4,443 bases of DNA from a virus (Duplodnaviria > Heunggongvirae > Uroviricota > Caudoviricetes): IMG/VR virus record IMGVR_UViG_2690316148_000014, one strand, 5' to 3'. A program made the position numbers and the translations under genes. The stretch's first letter is position 1; every line of letters starts with the position of its first letter. Under the pieces are notes generated by a model. It did no database searches and was not told the origin of the DNA. It saw nothing but the letters and a program-made list of their open reading frames with translations. Shown in pieces: positions 1 through 4,443 of the stretch.

Positions 1-12
1 AGTGTAGCGGTA

Positions 13-1221
13 TTAAGCGCAGCTATTTAGTGAATTAAGTAAATTAGTCAGTGACCTTGTAAAGTCTGTTAAACCTTCCTGTGAACCATCGAACATTAAG
101 GCCAGATTATTATTCCATGAATTACTTAAGCGGCCTAACTGCGTCTGAGTAGAGTTAATAATCTTTTCCCATCCACCAGCTTTATCAATCATCCTTCCCA
201 TTTCAGCGGATACTTTAGGAAGAACATCTTTAGAAAGAACCTTACCGTCTTTCATGGCCTTGTCTAATTCTTCCGTAGTCATCCCAAGACTTCTGGCAAA
301 TAACTGAAAAGCACCTGCCATTCTGTCACCTAATTGACCGCGTAGCTCTTCAGCCTGAATCTTTCCTTTAGATGCCATCTGCTCGAAAGCTTTTAAAATC
401 CCGTTAATTTCATCGGTGCTTAGCCCCATTAATCTGGATGTACCAATCACATTAGAAAATAAGGATTCTTTCTGGTCTGCATTCATATCACCAGCACCAG
501 CGGAAAACTTAGCAAAACTGCTTAATGTTTCAATCTGGTCTACACCACTACTATCAGCAAGATTCTTAACAAATTCTGTAGCTCGTTTAGCACCTTCATC
601 ACCTAAAACGAATTGTGCCGCTCGTTGTGATGCTTCTTTTTTCAGACCAACCTCCATAATCCGCCTGTAAGCTTCTAAGGCTGTCTGAAAACTATAAATG
701 GCTGTACCTGCTTTGATTGCACTCGTAGCTAATACATCCAGACTATTTGAAGCATTTTCACTGTGATTATTTTTGCTGGTGGTCTTGTTAAACTTAGAAA
801 GTGTTTCACGAAGAGACTGATTTAACTTTGCTAACTCACGATTAAAAGTTTCGTTTCCAAGTGTCTTGGATTTACTGCTTAAGCTGTAATACTGGCTTTT
901 AAAATACTTCTCAAGCATAGGATTAAAGTCACGAAGCTTGCTCATATTCGCTGAGTAAGCTGCTGTGATTGCTCTGCTTCCGCTAATTCGTGGCTGTCTT
1001 GGTTGTCTAAGTGGCTTTAAAGTATCCTCAATTTCAGTTTTAATCTTAAACGCTCTAGTGTTTTTAAGACGCTGCTCAATCTTGGAAACAGTTTTATCGA
1101 CATTTCTTTCCATTAGTTTGAGAGAATCATTTAAAGGCGTAGGATTAACTCTAAACGACTTATTCAATCGCTTCTCAATTCGTGATGCTACCTGCATCGT
1201 TTGTTTCTCGGCTTTTTCCAA
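13..1221 (-). CDS. Tape-measure-domain protein (phage tail length tape measure-like); 402-aa ORF as given, true 5' end probably at 1315 across the N16 gap
   Basis: Long minus-strand ORF with stop TAA at 15..13. The track start at 1221 is a TTG; the same frame stays open upstream to the gap. The C-terminal third (ASKGKIQAEELRGQLGDRMAGAFQLFARSLGMTTEELDKAMKDGKVLSKDVLPKV...KAGGWEK) matches, from memory, the conserved tape-measure domain of lambda gpH-type tail proteins. The N-terminal two thirds are low-complexity and K/S/N-rich. Not verified by HMM search. Confidence 0.7.
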   Translation of the reverse strand: MEKAEKQTMQVASRIEKRLNKSFRVNPTPLNDSLKLMERNVDKTVSKIEQRLKNTRAFKIKTEIEDTLKPLRQPRQPRISGSRAITAAYSANMSKLRDFNPMLEKYFKSQYYSLSSKSKTLGNETFNRELAKLNQSLRETLSKFNKTTSKNNHSENASNSLDVLATSAIKAGTAIYSFQTALEAYRRIMEVGLKKEASQRAAQFVLGDEGAKRATEFVKNLADSSGVDQIETLSSFAKFSAGAGDMNADQKESLFSNVIGTSRLMGLSTDEINGILKAFEQMASKGKIQAEELRGQLGDRMAGAFQLFARSLGMTTEELDKAMKDGKVLSKDVLPKVSAEMGRMIDKAGGWEKIINSTQTQLGRLSNSWNNNLALMFDGSQEGLTDFTRSLTNLLNSLNSCA

Positions 1222-1244
1222 GCCTTTTAAAACTTTCTGAGAGT

Positions 1245-1260
1245 NNNNNNNNNNNNNNNN
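1245..1260. other. Run of 16 N (assembly gap or mask) flanked by a duplicated 9-mer
   Basis: Ns are directly visible. The flanks read ttaaaactt-tctgagagt-[N16]-tctgagagt-taaaactta, which is typical of an unmerged contig overlap. Confidence 0.9.
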
Positions 1261-1315
1261 TCTGAGAGTTAAAACTTAACTCAATCAGAAAATCATCAAC
1301 TTTAAATTGTGCCAT
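1261..1315 (-). CDS. Probable 5' end of the tape-measure-domain gene, separated from the main ORF by the N16 gap
   Basis: ATG at 1315..1313 preceded by AGAGGTG 10 nt upstream. It encodes MAQFKVDDFLIELSFNSQ up to the gap. The 9-mer tctgagagt at 1261-1269 is repeated at 1236-1244 on the other side of the Ns; collapsing one copy and the Ns gives an uninterrupted frame ...SFNSQKVLKGLEKAEKQ... into the 13..1221 ORF. Confidence 0.45.
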
Positions 1316-1339
1316 TCATATTTTTCACCTCTTTAAGCG

Positions 1340-1594
1340 NNNNNNNNNNNNNNNNNNNNNNNNNNNNNNNNNNNNNNNNNNNNNNNNNNNNNNNNNNNNN
1401 NNNNNNNNNNNNNNNNNNNNNNNNNNNNNNNNNNNNNNNNNNNNNNNNNNNNNNNNNNNNNNNNNNNNNNNNNNNNNNNNNNNNNNNNNNNNNNNNNNNN
1501 NNNNNNNNNNNNNNNNNNNNNNNNNNNNNNNNNNNNNNNNNNNNNNNNNNNNNNNNNNNNNNNNNNNNNNNNNNNNNNNNNNNNNNNNNNNNNN
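1340..1594. other. Run of 255 N (gap or masked sequence); content unknown
   Basis: Directly visible; the flanks show no duplicated sequence. Confidence 0.95.
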
Positions 1595-1617
1595 GGTGAT
1601 AACTTGACGTTTGTTTT

Positions 1618-1865
1618 NNNNNNNNNNNNNNNNNNNNNNNNNNNNNNNNNNNNNNNNNNNNNNNNNNNNNNNNNNNNNNNNNNNNNNNNNNNNNNNNNNN
1701 NNNNNNNNNNNNNNNNNNNNNNNNNNNNNNNNNNNNNNNNNNNNNNNNNNNNNNNNNNNNNNNNNNNNNNNNNNNNNNNNNNNNNNNNNNNNNNNNNNNN
1801 NNNNNNNNNNNNNNNNNNNNNNNNNNNNNNNNNNNNNNNNNNNNNNNNNNNNNNNNNNNNNNNNN
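1618..1865. other. Run of 248 N (gap or masked sequence); content unknown
   Basis: Directly visible. It is separated from the previous N run by a 23-nt island, ggtgataacttgacgtttgtttt. Confidence 0.95.
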
Positions 1866-2478
1866 CTTTCATAGTATCAAGTTCTTTTTTAAGCTTTTGC
1901 TTTAACTTATCCAGTTTACCGGAATAATGCTTAGTCAAATTAGCTTCAGCTAACTGAAGAATCTCTTCATCTGTTTTATCAGTCATCAGAATAAATTGAC
2001 CAGAACCCCTTAATGCTTGTCTGACATCAATTAACCGGAACCCTTCAGGGATACTTTGAAGAACTTTAGGAACGTCTTCAATCGCTGTACCAAAACCATC
2101 ATTAAAGTTTCCTTCATAATAGATAAACGGGTTTGACTTAATCTCGTAAGCAATATCATATTCTGAAGGTTTCGAGGTTTCTTCGAAGTTCTTAACAGCA
2201 TCGTAAGCGACATCAAGTCTAAGACGCTGTGATTTTAAAGCTGGGTAATATTCACGCTCAAGCTCAAATAGTGCTTCAGTTTTGCAGATATCAGGCATTT
2301 CTTGAGGCTCAGGAGACACAAAGGAAATTACCTTTGGTGACATCTTTAGCTCTTGCTCAAGCTCAATGCGCTTGTCATGCTCTTGACGCTGAATAGTATG
2401 TAGCGGATGTTCACCCTGTGGTGACCAGTCTCCGAAGCTATCAACCTTTTTACCGTTAATATATAAATCGTTTGTCAT
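1866..2478 (-). CDS. Hypothetical acidic protein, 5' end intact, 3' end lost in the N run (204 codons visible)
   Basis: ATG at 2478..2476 with GAGGAAA Shine-Dalgarno 5-8 nt upstream. The frame is open for 204 codons until it hits the Ns at 1865. The protein is charged and acidic (MTNDLYINGKKVDSFGDWSPQGEHPLH...LDKLKQKLKKELDTMK). The 381-aa track ORF spans two N runs, so its length and whether it is one gene or two cannot be known. No family recognised. Confidence 0.65.
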
Positions 2479-2502
2479 TATAATTTCCTCTAAGTGTGGT
2501 TA

Positions 2503-2580
2503 TTTCTTAATAGAGCACCTTCAACGCCAATACACTTAGAAGATGACTTAACGATTTATTAAAGATGCTCTATTAAGAAA
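2503..2580. repeat. Perfect 15-bp inverted repeat (tttcttaatagagca / tgctctattaagaaa) with a 48-bp spacer
   Basis: Arms at 2503-2517 and 2566-2580 are exact reverse complements. A 15-bp perfect inverted repeat is unlikely by chance in a window this size. It lies 25-100 nt upstream of the ATG at 2478. Confidence 0.8.
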
Positions 2581-2609
2581 AGCCCTAAACATAATCTGTG
2601 AAGGGCTTT
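2573..2609 (-). terminator. Intrinsic-terminator-like hairpin with U-tract (second of a tandem pair)
   Basis: On the minus strand: AAAGCCCT, a 15-nt loop, AGGGCTTT (8-bp stem, 2609..2579), then TCTTAAT. The loop is long for a canonical terminator and the U-tract is interrupted. Confidence 0.4.
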
Positions 2610-2671
2610 GGAGGTTTGCTTATAACGTTAACGAAGTTTCAGGAAAACTTTCTTTAAAAGCTCTGTTTAAA

Positions 2672-2706
2672 AACTCTTAAAGAAAGCCCTAACTCATGAT
2701 TAGGGC
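2672..2706 (-). terminator. Rho-independent terminator (first of a tandem pair)
   Basis: On the minus strand: GCCCTAA, loop TCATGAG, TTAGGGC (7-bp stem, 2706..2686), followed by TTTCTTTAAGAGTTTTT. No U-run follows the hairpin on the plus strand, so it is strand-specific. Confidence 0.55.
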
Positions 2707-2875
2707 AAAGCTGTAAAGGATTCAATAATGAATGAACAAAGACTTTTTGAGATAGCCTCTCAGACCAACCTGAAAGGCTAGGACGAAAAGCATTGCACCT
2801 TTCCAACTCAGAATATCCATCCATCGGATTATTGAAAGAAAAAATAAGAGAGAATTGCTCTCCCCCATATATACA

Positions 2876-2904
2876 ATTATGTCATGCTCAAGGTTGTTTG
2901 TCAA
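2876..2904 (-). promoter_or_regulatory. Sigma70-type promoter: -35 TTGACA, 17-bp spacer, extended -10 TGaCATAAT
   Basis: Minus-strand reading: TTGACA at 2904..2899, spacer aacaaccttgagcatga (17 nt), CATAAT at 2881..2876 preceded by TG. An A/T-rich stretch lies upstream. Predicted transcription start near 2869, reading toward the terminators and the gene at 2478. Confidence 0.55.
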
Positions 2905-2928
2905 CAGCTTTTAACAGATTGGTAACAT

Positions 2929-2994
2929 TTATACTTTAATAGATGCACCTGCAATCATACCAATCAATACAAAACAGATAATCACCAATTCCAT
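2929..2994 (-). CDS. 21-aa hydrophobic peptide MELVIICFVLIGMIAGASIKV, translationally coupled to the upstream gene
   Basis: The ATG at 2994..2992 overlaps the upstream TAA as TAATG. AAGGTGGTG lies 6-7 nt upstream of the ATG. The peptide is a single predicted membrane-spanning segment. It is below the ORF-track length cut-off. Confidence 0.4.
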   Translation of the reverse strand: MELVIICFVLIGMIAGASIKV

Positions 2995-3317
2995 TAATGC
3001 ACCACCTTCGAATCCGTCACCAGAATATTATCGCTATACAAAATTGCTATAGCCGCCTTGAGATATTTTTCAGGGCTAACGCTGTATTTGTTCGTTTCTT
3101 CGATAATAAGACGCTTCATGTTTGAGTCGGTAACAGGAAACATAAAACGCGGTTCACCAGTTTCAATTTCCTGAATAAAGTCTTCAATTTCTTCTGAGTT
3201 TTCAGCCATTAGCTTTAGTAATTTATCAAGGTCAATTGATACACCGGAATCAGCGAAAGCCTGCACCATCATAGCAGTGTCGCTATCAATGAAAATCTGT
3301 AATTCATATTCGTTCAT
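2994..3317 (-). CDS. Hypothetical strongly acidic 107-aa protein
   Basis: ATG at 3317..3315 with AAGGAG 9 nt upstream; the track's longer TTG start at 3350 is less likely. Stop TAA at 2996..2994. By my count 21 Asp+Glu against 9 Lys+Arg, and no Cys. No family recognised. Confidence 0.75.
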   Translation of the reverse strand: MNEYELQIFIDSDTAMMVQAFADSGVSIDLDKLLKLMAENSEEIEDFIQEIETGEPRFMFPVTDSNMKRLIIEETNKYSVSPEKYLKAAIAILYSDNILVTDSKVVH

Positions 3318-3495
3318 TTTTAAAATCTCCTTTTTACCAGACCTCCTCAATCGCTCTGTAACGAGCTAAACAGTCTTTTTCAGGGGTAGCCTGTACAGTG
3401 GTATTACCCACCCTAAAATAAGATAGTTTTTTGCGTTAGAATGCGATTGAGAGCGTCTGATAAGCTGTTTTTCTAATTTCTCTTAAAGTCTCGGA

Positions 3496-3696
3496 CTACC
3501 AATAACCTAATTCCGCTTTATTTCGTTCAAACCATTCCGCTGTAACTGCTGTCTTTAGTGTTGCGTTTGGGCTGGTGGCATGAATGAAGATATCTTTTGG
3601 ATTGCAAGCATCACCGAAACCACCTTCTTTGATGAGCAGGTCTGATACATGCTTAATCATTTTATCTGTCAAATATTCGAATTTAATACATAACAT
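3496..3696 (-). CDS. Hypothetical 66-aa protein
   Basis: ATG at 3696..3694 overlaps the upstream stop as TAATG and has GGAGA 5 nt upstream. The track's 77-aa version starts at a TTG inside the upstream gene and has no Shine-Dalgarno. Stop TAG at 3498..3496. Confidence 0.6.
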   Translation of the reverse strand: MLCIKFEYLTDKMIKHVSDLLIKEGGFGDACNPKDIFIHATSPNATLKTAVTAEWFERNKAELGYW

Positions 3697-3968
3697 TAAA
3701 TCTCCAGGAGTAAATTGTTTGGGTGGCAATTTCTTTTATTACCATCCCTGAAGATAATCTTTTTAGTTGCCTGAACTTCATGATGCAAAAACCAGATGAC
3801 ATACTTCAGATAATAATCACGAGTGCCATAACGAATCATTGGATTACCGTAAGCATCATCTCTTGTCTTAACCTCTCCACCATCAATCCATTCAAGCATT
3901 CCTGTCTCATAATTAATCATGAAGTAAGTTGCAAAGAACCGTTTAATATCATCTCGCCATTGCTTCAT
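3696..3968 (-). CDS. 90-aa protein with a degenerate HNH-like motif (possible HNH_3-type His-Me finger remnant)
   Basis: ATG at 3968..3966 with GGAGG 7 nt upstream. The C-terminal IIFRDGNKRNCHPNNLLLEI resembles, from memory, the HNH_3 core (vdHiDGNKxNNrxxNLrw), but F-R replaces the first His and the protein ends right after the motif. The upstream region (EWIDGGEV...YGNPMIRYG) is NUMOD-like. Confidence 0.7.
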   Translation of the reverse strand: MKQWRDDIKRFFATYFMINYETGMLEWIDGGEVKTRDDAYGNPMIRYGTRDYYLKYVIWFLHHEVQATKKIIFRDGNKRNCHPNNLLLEI

Positions 3969-3970
3969 AA

Positions 3971-4249
3971 TCAGACCTCCTGAGACAGTTTGTGAATTTT
4001 GATACTTAGTAACCTTGCTAAATCCAGTCCAAAAGCATTTAAGGATTTCAGACTATCAAGGTCATCTTGCTTAATCCTGATATGGTGTCTTGCAGCCTCT
4101 AAGCGACTATTAAGCAAATCCTGTTCGTTAATATCACGGTTAATTGCAAGCTTCATCACTGCTGAGTGTGGCAGACCTGTAATGTTTTTGATTCGGTTCA
4201 GTTCATCAAAGGCTGTCTTTGTAACTCTGGTTAATGTGTGTTTATTCAT
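3971..4249 (-). CDS. 92-aa putative ribbon-helix-helix (CopG/Arc-like) DNA-binding protein
   Basis: ATG at 4249..4247 with AGAGGA 7 nt upstream, directly after the upstream stop (TAAATG). The N-terminal RVTKTAFDELNRIKNITGLPHSAVMKLAI follows the beta-strand/helix/G-L-x-x-S-A/helix pattern of ribbon-helix-helix regulators (compare CopG ...MGLSKSAMISVAL, from memory). The C-terminal half is helical and charged. Confidence 0.7.
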   Translation of the reverse strand: MNKHTLTRVTKTAFDELNRIKNITGLPHSAVMKLAINRDINEQDLLNSRLEAARHHIRIKQDDLDSLKSLNAFGLDLARLLSIKIHKLSQEV

Positions 4250-4443
4250 TTAAAAATCCTCTGTAACTAAATAGGGGTCAAACTCGAAATCTGGTTGCTC
4301 GTTTTCCATTGGCTCAATATTCCCAACGGCAATATGATGTTCAACAATGCCAATTAATTTCGCGCACATCACAGCAAGCAAAGCGCAATATTTATCGCTT
4401 GGTAATTCGTAACTGGATTTGCCCCTATATTTCCAGACATCTG
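4250..4443 (-). CDS. 3' end of a hypothetical protein (5' end beyond the window)
   Basis: The minus-strand frame is open from the window edge to TAA at 4252..4250 (64 codons: ...DVWKYRGKSSYELPSDKYCALLAVMCAKLIGIVEHHIAVGNIEPMENEQPDFEFDPYLVTEDF). Its stop abuts the ATG of the ribbon-helix-helix gene. It is not in the ORF track, probably because it is edge-truncated. Confidence 0.5.
   Translation of the reverse strand, partial: DVWKYRGKSSYELPSDKYCALLAVMCAKLIGIVEHHIAVGNIEPMENEQPDFEFDPYLVTEDF

Noticed and set aside
416-670. Plus-strand 84-aa ORF
   Set aside because: Antisense to and entirely inside the tape-measure-domain gene. It has no Shine-Dalgarno and a low-complexity translation, so it is a shadow ORF.
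965-1240. Plus-strand 91-aa ORF
   Set aside because: Antisense shadow of the minus-strand gene with no translation signals.
1309-1927. Plus-strand ORFs 1309..1599, 1604..1927 and 1611..1874
   Set aside because: They exist only because N codons are translated as X. The real sequence content is a few codons with alternative starts.
2031-2216. Minus-strand 61-aa ORF
   Set aside because: It is in a different frame inside the better-supported gene 1866..2478, with a K/L/R-rich low-complexity translation and no Shine-Dalgarno.
1333-2478. 381-aa minus-strand ORF as a single gene
   Set aside because: Continuity through 503 N positions is not evidence of one gene. Only 1866..2478 is supported; the rest may contain a stop and further genes.
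2503-2580. Inverted repeat as the ends of a miniature transposable element
   Set aside because: No target-site duplication flanks the arms (gtgtggtta on one side, agccctaaa on the other), and the element would sit inside a functional leader. A regulatory inverted repeat is more parsimonious.
2722-2904. 60-aa minus-strand ORF as annotated
   Set aside because: Its start codon lies within the -35 element of the predicted promoter, so most of it is upstream of or at the transcription start. Only the internal 23-codon ORF is considered, as a low-confidence finding.
2994-3350. 118-aa version of the acidic-protein gene starting at TTG 3350
   Set aside because: The ATG at 3317 has a properly spaced AAGGAG, whereas the TTG start has no Shine-Dalgarno.
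3394-3401. 8-bp palindrome ctgtacag in the intergenic region
   Set aside because: Palindromes of this length are expected many times by chance in 4.4 kb, and there is no flanking symmetry.
3496-3729. 77-aa version of the small gene starting at TTG 3729
   Set aside because: The TTG start has no Shine-Dalgarno and overlaps the upstream gene by 34 nt. The ATG at 3696 with GGAGA and TAATG coupling is much more convincing.
3723-4253. Plus-strand ORFs 3723..3983 and 3999..4253
   Set aside because: Antisense shadows of the coupled minus-strand genes, with no ribosome-binding sites.
1-4443. CRISPR array, tRNA or rRNA genes, integrase or transposase
   Set aside because: No regularly spaced direct repeats, no cloverleaf-like or rRNA-like sequence, and no ORF with recombinase or transposase motifs in the readable sequence. 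The N runs cannot be assessed.

Overview
AT-rich 4.4-kb window that reads like a phage or prophage-like region from a draft assembly, with three N runs (1245-1260, 1340-1594, 1618-1865). Every credible gene is on the minus strand, so transcription runs from high to low coordinates. From 4443 to 2929 there is a tightly packed, translationally coupled set of small genes: a 5'-truncated ORF, a ribbon-helix-helix-like 92-aa protein, a 90-aa protein with a degenerate HNH-like motif, a 66-aa protein, then after a short spacer a very acidic 107-aa protein coupled to a 21-aa hydrophobic peptide. From 2928 to 2479 there is a structured non-coding region: a near-consensus sigma70-type promoter, a promoter-proximal hairpin, two tandem intrinsic-terminator-like hairpins built from a duplicated motif, and a perfect 15-bp inverted repeat just upstream of the next start codon. 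From 2478 to 13 there are two larger genes: an acidic protein whose 3' end is lost in the N runs, and a protein carrying a tape-measure-type domain whose 5' end is split by the 16-N gap. The most interesting candidate is the promoter-leader-terminator unit in front of the structural genes, together with the small-gene cassette. All product calls are from reading the translations and from memory of family motifs; no database search was possible.
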